Assembly: GCA_016213945.1 (NCBI GenBank)
Contig: JACQZF010000001.1
Coordinates: 5,831 to 69,830 of the forward strand
Source: Nitrospirota bacterium
GTDB lineage: Bacteria > Nitrospirota > Thermodesulfovibrionia > UBA6902
Direction: 5' to 3'
DNA length: 64,000 nt
The notes beneath the pieces were generated by a model. It searched no databases, was not told the DNA's origin, and was given only the letters and a program-made list of their open reading frames with translations. Both the position numbers and the translations under genes were made by a program. Positions 49,118 to 57,142 of the stretch are shown piece by piece; positions within the stretch are counted from its first letter, which is position 1; the number at the start of each line of letters is the position of its first letter.

Positions 49118-52100
49118 ATGAGTGACCAACTTAATTTTCTTTCAAGCGTGTTGGCAAAGCGCATAAAATGGGTTGAGGCAAACAGAGAAAACGACTTTGA
49201 AGAAGGCATTCAGACCCTTCTTACAGAATTATATCCAGATACAGCCCATTTCATATTTGAGCTCTTGCAAAATGCCGAAGACGCAGGAGCAACAAAAATT
49301 GTATTCAACCTGAAGAAGAATATGTTGAGAGTTACTCATAATGGCAAACGGGTGTTCGATGAGAAAGATGTTGAATCCATCACTAACATAGGCAAGAGTA
49401 CAAAAAAGGATGATGTAAACCAAATTGGCAAATTCGGCGTGGGCTTTAAATCGGTGTTTTCATACACAAGTACCCCTCTCGTACATTCCTGTAATTTTTC
49501 GTTTGAACTGAGGGATCTCGTCTGTCCGTATGCCATACAAAAACCTCTCGATTTAGGGCAACACACGTTGTTTGAGTTTCCTTTTAATCATGAAAAGAAG
49601 AACGCCGAGCAGTCGTTCAATGAAACTGCCAATATGCTCCAGTCATTAAAAGAAAATGTGCTTTTATTTCTGAACAATATTGATGAAGTAGAATGGCAGA
49701 TAGAAGGGCAAGGAAGAGGGTTTGTCACACGGCTGCCCTATAACGAAAACCATATAGAGATAGATTACCAGAGCGTAACCGGCGAAAGGGCAACCTCTCA
49801 CTGGTTACGTTTTACTAAGCCGTATAGGGAAGATGCAAAACTGCATATAGCAATAGCATTTAAACTATCCTTTGTGTCAGAGGTTCAGAGTCTGTTGGAC
49901 GATAAGAAGACAATCGCAAAACAAATGACCATATCGCCAATCTACGGCAGACTTTCAATCTTCTTCCCTGCTGAAAAGGAAACGACAAACCTCAAGTTTC
50001 ATATTCACGGCCCTTATGCCTCAACTGTCGCAAGAGACAGTATTCCTGATAAGAACGAGGGTAACAAAAAACTTCTGCAAATGACGGCTTCCCTGTTGGC
50101 AGAAAGTCTGCATAAAATACAAGAAATGGGACTGCTCACAGCGGAGTTTCTTGCCGTGCTGCCTAATGATACTGATGAACTGGCAGAATTCTATAAACCG
50201 ATTCAGGCAGCAGTTATTAAGGAAATGAAATCAAGCCCACTTGTCCCTACGCACAGTAAAGATTTTGCTTCGGCAGACAATCTGTATCAGGGACCAGCAG
50301 CTATTCGGGAAGTTATTTCTGACGATGACCTTGGATTCCTTTCGGATACGGACCAAGTTAAATGGGCGATTGGAGTTATGCAAAACTCACGGCAAGAAAA
50401 GTTCATGAAGACGTTGGGGATAGACGAGTGGGGATGGCCTGAACTTACGGAAGCAATTGAAGATAAATTCTATTCAGCGGATAAAAATGCTCTTTCATGG
50501 CTGTCACATAGAAAAGATATGTGGATGCAAAAATTATATGGTCTATTAAAAAAAGCATTGGATTCAGAAGAGATACGTCCTTGGAAATTAAGACAGTGCG
50601 AGATTATAAGATTAGAGTCAGGGGAGCATACAAGCGGTGATGGAGTTTATTTCCCGGATTTGATAGATAAAGATAGCAAAGGCACAAGCGCTTTACCTCG
50701 TGTTAGAACAGAAATATTTAAAGGCAGAAAAGAACAAATCGAAAAGATTCGTCAGTTCCTTGAGTATATGGGTGTCAAGGAAGTCGGCGAAAAGGAGGAG
50801 GTAGAGTATATATTCAAAACATATTATTCAGAAAACTCTAAAAAAACTCCTTCTATTAAGCAACATATTCAGCATATGAAGAAATTCATATCTTATTGGA
50901 ATGGTCATAAGGAAGATACTGTAGATATGTTCTCAGGTTATGAAATATTTCATGACTATTCCGGCTCAACTCTCCGTTCAGCAGAAGAATTGTATATTGA
51001 CATGCCTTATCTTGAAACAGGACTTACAGATTTTTTTCAAAATACAAAGAATGTAGAGGTGAAAAAATACAAGTTATGGGATGGTTATGCGGAAAAAAGA
51101 ATTGCTAATTTTAAAGAGTTTACTAAAGCTGCTGGTGTGATGCATGGATTAGAACTTAGAAAAGCTTCAGCAACACTATTGCAACCAAGGATTTTTCAAA
51201 AAAATGGTAACCAGACAGTCAATACTATAAATCAAGATCATTTTGTTAATGGTCTACACTGGTACAATAAGCAATCATCCAAATACATTGGGATGTTTAA
51301 GTTAGATTGCAATAATATTTATCTCAGTAAGCTGCTCTGGAAATGTATGAGCAACGCTTCCCCGGAGATATTAAGAGCAAAATATAAACCAAATGCACAG
51401 TATAATGAGACAACAGATTCGTCATTAGTTATAAAACAACTTAAGGAATATAGCTGGATTCCTGATAAGAAAGGCAACTTTCATAAGCCATGTGATATTA
51501 CCCAAGACATGCTTCACAAAGATTTCCCTTATGACGACAGAAACGGGTGGCTAACAGCTATCGGTTTTGGAGAAAACCAGAAAAAACAAACAGAAGAATA
51601 TAAGACATTTAAAACACTATGTGAAAATATGGGGTTTGATGATGACACCTTCGAATTAATAAATGAATTGAAGGGAATAGCATCGGACGAGCAAAAGCAA
51701 TTATTGAAAGATATCATTGGTCAACTGAAGACAAAGAGACTCAACCCATCTTTCCCCGAAAAAGAATCCGCCGATCCTGAAAGAAGGGCCTCTAAGATCA
51801 AGGAAAATTTAGCAGGCGCACCCGAAAAGGAATATGAAGTAAGGGATCGCTCCGTTAGAACGACTTCTAATGAAATCAAGCCGGATGGCAAAATATATCT
51901 CCGTAACAATTATACGAATGAGGATGGAGAAATGTTCTGCCAAGTATGTAAAGAAGTTATGCCGTTTAAGCTTGACGATGGCTCTCATTACTTTGAGGCT
52001 GTAGAGTGCATAAAAGACTTTCCCAAGGAATGCAGGGAAAACTACCTCGCCCTCTGTCCAGTTTGCGCAGCCAAATACAAACACGCCAATACCTCTAAAC

Positions 52101-52240
52101 CGGAAGACCTCCGTGCAAAGCTTTCGGATACTGACAACGAGGACCTCTCAATTCCTGTAACTATTGCCCGTGAAGACAAAACAATCCGCTTTGTGAAAAT
52201 CCATCTGGAGGATTTAAGGACAATATTAAATGAAAAGTAA
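49118..52240 (+). CDS. Large GHKL (Bergerat-fold, sacsin/Hsp90/MORC-like) ATPase protein (1040 aa) with C-terminal Cys-rich HNH-like zinc-finger motif
   Basis: N-box FELLQNAEDAGATKIVF. G-box GKFGVGFKSVFSYT. C-terminal CQVCKEVMPFKLDDGSHYFEAVECIKDFPKECRENYLALCPVCAAKYKH (CxxC-H-N-CxxC-H pattern). RBS AAGGGGGA. Confidence 0.7.
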   Translation: MSDQLNFLSSVLAKRIKWVEANRENDFEEGIQTLLTELYPDTAHFIFELLQNAEDAGATKIVFNLKKNMLRVTHNGKRVFDEKDVESITNIGKSTKKDDVNQIGKFGVGFKSVFSYTSTPLVHSCNFSFELRDLVCPYAIQKPLDLGQHTLFEFPFNHEKKNAEQSFNETANMLQSLKENVLLFLNNIDEVEWQIEGQGRGFVTRLPYNENHIEIDYQSVTGERATSHWLRFTKPYREDAKLHIAIAFKLSFVSEVQSLLDDKKTIAKQMTISPIYGRLSIFFPAEKETTNLKFHIHGPYASTVARDSIPDKNEGNKKLLQMTASLLAESLHKIQEMGLLTAEFLAVLPNDTDELAEFYKPIQAAVIKEMKSSPLVPTHSKDFASADNLYQGPAAIREVISDDDLGFLSDTDQVKWAIGVMQNSRQEKFMKTLGIDEWGWPELTEAIEDKFYSADKNALSWLSHRKDMWMQKLYGLLKKALDSEEIRPWKLRQCEIIRLESGEHTSGDGVYFPDLIDKDSKGTSALPRVRTEIFKGRKEQIEKIRQFLEYMGVKEVGEKEEVEYIFKTYYSENSKKTPSIKQHIQHMKKFISYWNGHKEDTVDMFSGYEIFHDYSGSTLRSAEELYIDMPYLETGLTDFFQNTKNVEVKKYKLWDGYAEKRIANFKEFTKAAGVMHGLELRKASATLLQPRIFQKNGNQTVNTINQDHFVNGLHWYNKQSSKYIGMFKLDCNNIYLSKLLWKCMSNASPEILRAKYKPNAQYNETTDSSLVIKQLKEYSWIPDKKGNFHKPCDITQDMLHKDFPYDDRNGWLTAIGFGENQKKQTEEYKTFKTLCENMGFDDDTFELINELKGIASDEQKQLLKDIIGQLKTKRLNPSFPEKESADPERRASKIKENLAGAPEKEYEVRDRSVRTTSNEIKPDGKIYLRNNYTNEDGEMFCQVCKEVMPFKLDDGSHYFEAVECIKDFPKECRENYLALCPVCAAKYKHANTSKPEDLRAKLSDTDNEDLSIPVTIAREDKTIRFVKIHLEDLRTILNEK

Positions 52241-52286
52241 TCTCAAATTAGAGACCTCAGGTTTTTAGATATTACTTTAATATTTT

Positions 52287-54014
52287 TCATTCCTTCTTTT
52301 TCAACACCCACAGCAAAGCCCTCGCCCTCGTCGCTCCGACATACAGATTCGAGGGCTTACATGCCGGCAGATGTCCGTCGATACTGCAGAGAATAACAAC
52401 ATCAGCCTCAAGTCCTTTAAATGACTGTATCGTTCCCACACGGATTTTGCCTTGTCCCTTTTTGACCATGTCCGTCGTGAACAGGTCTTTTCCTTCTTCG
52501 ATCATCTGTTTTATACCGGCCCTTTGGTTGTCATATTTATAGGGAGACAGCACAACTATTTCATCGGGGGAAACCTTTTGCTTTCTGAGAAGATCATCTA
52601 ACAATCCTTTTAGCAGAACCGGAACTTCATTGATATCAGAGTAATATTTAACCTCAGGTTTCGGCCCCTCGTTTACAGCATATTGGGCTTTCCCCGGTAT
52701 GTTTCCGATCTTGAGCGCAAAGTCACCAATAGGTTTTGTATTCCGTACATTCTGTTCCAGCACAAAAGGTTCTGCCATAAAAGGGGCATTCCATTCTCCG
52801 CTTTCGTTATACAGGTTCTGGTTCCTGTCGTAGAACACATAATAAGAATGGTTGTCAGCTCCCAATGATTCAAGCGATATCCACCATGTGTCTTTAAAGT
52901 CGAGCGCTTCATCAACGATGATGGTGTCATATTTATGCGCGATAAACTCGGAAGTCTTCTCAAGAAGTTCCGCGCAGCCGGTATCAAAGAAATGCCGTTT
53001 CATTTCCTCTTCATCCGGGACTTCATAAGTGACCGCATGTCTTTCACAGAGCCTCTTGACGAGCTCATGGAAATTAAGCACATCTATCCTTTCATTACCC
53101 TGAAATTCAAAAGCAACATATTCGGCAAGGTTCTTATTGAAGCAAGTGAATAAAACTTTCTTGCCATCATTTATATGGTCATGTGCAAGTCTCACTGCAA
53201 GTAGCGTTTTGCCTGAACCTGCACAGCCTTCAACAAGGAGACGCTTCTGCATTCTCAAAGCCCTGAGCGTCTTGATCTGTCCCTCGGTCATCCTGTAGAG
53301 GTTGTCTTTTATAGTCCCAAGCACAACTCCTAACGGCGGCAGCATATTCACTTCTGGGGCAAGGGACCTTATCAGGGAATCGATCTGAGAACGAGACCAT
53401 GGGGCTGGATTGGGAGATGACTGGCGCATGATATTCCTAAGATGGTTAGAGCAATTTTTCAGATGTCTTGAATCGAGAACAAATCCATTATGAGGAACCT
53501 CAGGCGGGACATCCTCTGTCCATGTGATATCAGGAAACCATGCTGTATGAGTAAATACAGTGGACTTTAAAAACTCCTGTCCGATGGGTGTCTTTTTCAG
53601 TCTATCAAAGAGGTAATACCGGCTGCGGCCTGCCTGTTCAATGGGGGAATGCATTCTGCTGACAACGCTTCCATCGAAGAGGCTCACATAATACCACTCC
53701 CCGTCCTGCAGCTTGACCCCGCCTCCCTTGACCTCAACTACAAGGACACCTAAATCCGGGTGAAAGATGATCAGATCAATTTCGCCGGAACGCTCGCCGC
53801 TTCTTTGATCGATCTCTCTCCATGCAAGATTGTGAAAAATCCTCCAGTCATCATTCAGATCAGAAAGCGCATCGAGCACTCTTTTTTCAGCATGGTACCC
53901 GGTTCTCTCGATTCCCCGGGATTCATCTGTGTCGAATGGGGGATAAAAGATTGCCATATCAGCAAATAGCTTACAACATATACGCATTATTAGGCATAAC
54001 TTACTGTAAAACAT
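52287..54014 (-). CDS. NERD-domain + SF1 (UvrD-like) helicase
   Basis: N-terminal NERD pattern (...GEIDLIIFHPDLGVLVVEVKGGG...). Walker A VEGCAGSGKT. Walker B TIIVDEALDF. Motif V/VI (TIQSFKGLEADVVIL; YVGATRARALLWVL). True start may be the internal MAIFYPPF. Confidence 0.8.
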   Translation of the reverse strand: MFYSKLCLIMRICCKLFADMAIFYPPFDTDESRGIERTGYHAEKRVLDALSDLNDDWRIFHNLAWREIDQRSGERSGEIDLIIFHPDLGVLVVEVKGGGVKLQDGEWYYVSLFDGSVVSRMHSPIEQAGRSRYYLFDRLKKTPIGQEFLKSTVFTHTAWFPDITWTEDVPPEVPHNGFVLDSRHLKNCSNHLRNIMRQSSPNPAPWSRSQIDSLIRSLAPEVNMLPPLGVVLGTIKDNLYRMTEGQIKTLRALRMQKRLLVEGCAGSGKTLLAVRLAHDHINDGKKVLFTCFNKNLAEYVAFEFQGNERIDVLNFHELVKRLCERHAVTYEVPDEEEMKRHFFDTGCAELLEKTSEFIAHKYDTIIVDEALDFKDTWWISLESLGADNHSYYVFYDRNQNLYNESGEWNAPFMAEPFVLEQNVRNTKPIGDFALKIGNIPGKAQYAVNEGPKPEVKYYSDINEVPVLLKGLLDDLLRKQKVSPDEIVVLSPYKYDNQRAGIKQMIEEGKDLFTTDMVKKGQGKIRVGTIQSFKGLEADVVILCSIDGHLPACKPSNLYVGATRARALLWVLKKKE

Positions 54015-54090
54015 AGGACACCAGATGGGAGAGGTCGGGACATATAATAGAAATCAAAAAGGATTATTGAAATAAGGAAGAGGGACAGCA

Positions 54091-54489
54091 TTGATCATGA
54101 TGAATATGATTGTAATCAAAACAAATAACGAGCAGTACAAAGAATTTCTTGAAAAATACGCTCCGGATATTGAATATATTATGAGAGGGTTAGCGAGGCA
54201 TTATAAATTCCGCCCGCCAAAAAATATAATCTTCCGTCCAATGCGGAAAATAGGCAGCCAGCATTTTATCCGCTGTGTTTGGGCAAACGCCGGTTGGAGT
54301 CATGGTGCAGGATATTACATATCGTTAGACATGGAATCTAATATGCCCTTAAGCAGATCGCGAATCCTCGATACAATTGCCCACGAAGCCGCCCATATTG
54401 CAGAAGTATTAACGACGAACGAATGTACGCACGGAAAGAGGTGGCAGGAGCTGTATGGGACTGCGAAGGAAATTTTGAAAGCTCAATGA
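54091..54489 (+). CDS. SprT-like zinc metallopeptidase domain protein
   Basis: HEAAH zinc-binding motif (TIAHEAAHIAE) followed by THGKRWQ, the HExxH...HG pattern of the SprT/WLM family. Confidence 0.6.
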   Translation: MIMMNMIVIKTNNEQYKEFLEKYAPDIEYIMRGLARHYKFRPPKNIIFRPMRKIGSQHFIRCVWANAGWSHGAGYYISLDMESNMPLSRSRILDTIAHEAAHIAEVLTTNECTHGKRWQELYGTAKEILKAQ

Positions 54490-54510
54490 AAGTTTAAGGA
54501 GCAATACAAT

Positions 54511-55035
54511 TTATCTGTCCGTTGAGTCCCTGAAAAGTGACGGCCCCCTTGAATACTCTTTCTGCCTTATTATGGTGAGCACCCTGTTATCTTGCATCTG
54601 ATAGTAAATATAAAGCACATCCGATTGCCCGAATTCGAACAGGTGATATAACGGTCTCAATTCATATCCGATGGGATTGCCTTCGTTATCAACAATCCTG
54701 CTCAGCCTGGAGCGCATAAAAGCGCTGTTGAATCTGACGAACCTTTCCGCTTCCTCAAGTGCCTCTTTTGCCGGCAGGCCTTTCTTCACTGTGTAATCAT
54801 ATTCAGGCGCGTATATCTCAAAGGTGTACCGGTCTCCCTCTTTATCAAGGACCGCCACGTTCTCGACATCGTCGCTGTACCTTCCGCCGTGAAGCAAAAG
54901 GGTGTAAGTCCCCCGTATCTCCTCAGTTGTGGCGGGGCCTGTGCCCAGATATTTTCCGGCGGCACAGGAATACAGAACTGATACGCATGATATAAATATA
55001 ATTGTTGTTAAGACATTTGGACTTTTCATATTCAT
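54511..55035 (-). CDS. Hypothetical lipoprotein
   Basis: Signal peptide with lipobox-like LYSCAAG. Confidence 0.4.
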   Translation of the reverse strand: MNMKSPNVLTTIIFISCVSVLYSCAAGKYLGTGPATTEEIRGTYTLLLHGGRYSDDVENVAVLDKEGDRYTFEIYAPEYDYTVKKGLPAKEALEEAERFVRFNSAFMRSRLSRIVDNEGNPIGYELRPLYHLFEFGQSDVLYIYYQMQDNRVLTIIRQKEYSRGPSLFRDSTDR

Positions 55036-55044
55036 GACGCACCT

Positions 55045-55842
55045 CTATTTCCTGAAGATCGCCTTGAGGAACTTCTTCAATTCACTCCACGATTTTTTGT
55101 CTGCGTTCGCGTTGTACCCTAACAGCAGATTGAATTTCTTTGCATACATATCAGCATCGGGGTTCGTAAAGCTGTGAACGGCGCCCGGATAGGAGATGAA
55201 TTTGGAATCGGCCCCTGCCGCCTTCATCTCCTTCTTGAAGGCGTCGATCTGTTCAGGCGTAACAAACTTATCTTCTGCGCCATGAAGCACCAGTACCTTC
55301 GCCTTTACAGCTCCGGGCTCCGCCGGCTTTACGGCTGTCAACCCTCCATGGAAACTTGCAACCCCTTTAAGTTCCAGGCCCTGCCGCGCCACATTGAGCA
55401 CAGTGCCTCCGCCAAAACAGTATCCGATAGCGGCGATACGTTCGGGATCAACAGTAGGCTGTTGCTTTAGAAAGTTCATGGCTGCGGTAAACCGTGACTT
55501 CGCAACGTCGAAGTTCTTCATAAGCTCTGATGAGAACTTCCCGGCGTCATCGGGATGCATTGCCTGCTTGCCGTCACCGTACATATCAACCGCAAGGGCC
55601 GTGTATCCGAGTTCCGCAAGCATCCGCGCGCGCTTGCGGGCGTATTCGTTATGCCCCCACCATTCATGAACAACCAGCACACCAGGTCGTTTCCCTTTTA
55701 TATTTTCATCATACGCGAGGTACCCTTTCATCACCACGCCATTGTCGCTGTAATCAACAGCCTGCCCTATGACCTTCGCGCCTGCATAAGACTGGCTTGC
55801 CGCTAACAATATCAATGAAATAACAACCGCTATCCTGTACAT
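55045..55842 (-). CDS. Dienelactone hydrolase family protein (secreted alpha/beta hydrolase)
   Basis: Signal peptide. VVHEWWGHNEY and IGYCFGG nucleophile-elbow-type motifs of the DLH family. Confidence 0.75.
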   Translation of the reverse strand: MYRIAVVISLILLAASQSYAGAKVIGQAVDYSDNGVVMKGYLAYDENIKGKRPGVLVVHEWWGHNEYARKRARMLAELGYTALAVDMYGDGKQAMHPDDAGKFSSELMKNFDVAKSRFTAAMNFLKQQPTVDPERIAAIGYCFGGGTVLNVARQGLELKGVASFHGGLTAVKPAEPGAVKAKVLVLHGAEDKFVTPEQIDAFKKEMKAAGADSKFISYPGAVHSFTNPDADMYAKKFNLLLGYNANADKKSWSELKKFLKAIFRK

Positions 55843-56116
55843 CGTGTCCTCCTTGCTTGATGTTTGTCCATTCTCTATAGTGAAATGTTATCACATTTTC
55901 AGCCGCCCGCAAGTGTCAAAAAATTTTGGCTTTATAAGCAGAGGGCAAAGAGCAGAGCGCATAGAGTTAAAGTCACGGATACAGTTGCCTGAAGCAAAAA
56001 TGTTATAAGCCGTTTGTCGATTTTAGAAATTCTGAGGCAGACTTTAATTTTGGATGGAAGTGGCGAGTTAAGATTTCCATTCCCGTCACTCGTCACTGAT
56101 TACTATTTTGTGAAGA

Positions 56117-56203
56117 TGGTGCCGAAGGCGGGATTTGAACCCGCACAGCCTTTCGACCACTAGACCCTGAACCTAGCGCGTCTGCCAGTTCCGCCACTTC
56201 GGC
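56117..56203 (-). tRNA. tRNA-Leu (anticodon CAG), long variable arm, encoded CCA
   Basis: Reverse complement reads GCCGAAGTGGCGGAACTGGCAGACGCGCTAGGTTCAGGGTCTAGTGGTCGAAAGGCTGTGCGGGTTCAAATCCCGCCTTCGGCACCA. Cloverleaf with anticodon loop TTCAGGG, type II variable arm, T-arm GGTTCAAATCC. Confidence 0.85.
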
Positions 56204-56211
56204 ATTTATAG

Positions 56212-56625
56212 TTATGGTAAGTGAAAAGGGTTATCACCCTCTATTTGCGTCAACTTCATTGTGTCTCTATGTAATACTAAATTAGCCGTGCCCCTGTTTT
56301 CAAGCCTCTTGTCTTTAATGAGCCATGATCCCTGCCAGCTTAAATTAATTATAACTGAGTCACTCTTTATACTCACAAATCTCGGGGTAAAAGATAATTC
56401 AGCATTTTCAAATGATAGTTCTTTTAAAATGTCATCAGAAAGTCCGGCATCCAACTGCTGCTGCAAGATCGCGGCGTCCTTTTCCTGGTACGCTGTTTTT
56501 ATGGCTTCGATCTTGTTCACTGCCTCCGATGCCAATTGTGAATCTTCTGACGGCTTTTTAACTTCTTTGGAGCAGCCAAAAGAGATCAGAACAACAAGTA
56601 CCAGGAAAAAATAAATCCTTTTCAT
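56212..56625 (-). CDS. Hypothetical lipoprotein
   Basis: MKRIYFFLVLVVLISFGCS lipobox. Confidence 0.4.
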   Translation of the reverse strand: MKRIYFFLVLVVLISFGCSKEVKKPSEDSQLASEAVNKIEAIKTAYQEKDAAILQQQLDAGLSDDILKELSFENAELSFTPRFVSIKSDSVIINLSWQGSWLIKDKRLENRGTANLVLHRDTMKLTQIEGDNPFHLP

Positions 56626-56751
56626 AATGTTAAAACCGGGCAGAAGCTTCTCCTTAAACTTAGCGCCAGTGAAGGTCCTTCACATTCACACTGCTTGCGC
56701 TGGTAGATTTTACATTCTCAATGAATTTTTTTGCAATACGAGAGCGAAAAA

Positions 56752-56792
56752 ATTCGGGCTTTATTCCAGGATATTCAGAATAAAGCCCGAAT
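56752..56792 (-). terminator. Rho-independent terminator for the minus-strand cytochrome operon
   Basis: Perfect hairpin ATTCGGGCTTTATTC-caggatattca-GAATAAAGCCCGAAT. On the minus strand it is followed by a UUUUUU run (plus-strand gcgaaaaaa). Confidence 0.65.
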
Positions 56793-56812
56793 CGTTTTAC
56801 AGAATCAAGCTG

Positions 56813-57115
56813 TTAGAATTCAATCTTTTTAGTTGCCTTGTTCCAGGTGGCGTCCTTGCCTTTTTCATAGTGAAATACAAACGCGGCTTCCACTGTGGCT
56901 GATTTCACCCCTTTTTCAAGAGGGACCACAAAGGATGTTGATTTAATTTCACCCGGTTCTATCCCTTCATGGAGATGCACCTGTCTGTCAAACCACCAGT
57001 TAGCAACCATGATCGGGTCTTTTGAAGGGTCAGCGTTTTTAATATAAAAGTCATTTACTATGTAATCCTCGGATTTTGAATATATTACCTTTCCATTCTC
57101 GTCTTTAACGGTCAC
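56813..57115 (-). CDS. Hypothetical protein (100 aa), in-frame with the upstream cytochrome across a single TGA
   Basis: GTG start only. No signal peptide or convincing RBS. Same frame as the 57143..58033 ORF, separated by TGA plus 9 sense codons. Confidence 0.35.
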   Translation of the reverse strand: MTVKDENGKVIYSKSEDYIVNDFYIKNADPSKDPIMVANWWFDRQVHLHEGIEPGEIKSTSFVVPLEKGVKSATVEAAFVFHYEKGKDATWNKATKKIEF

Positions 57116-57142
57116 TTCCAGTGCCGCTGATGGTATGTATAC

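Noticed and set aside
52240-52287. Terminator between the convergent GHKL-ATPase and NERD-helicase genes
   Set aside because: No convincing GC-rich stem-loop with a U-run in the 47-nt gap, only AT-rich sequence.
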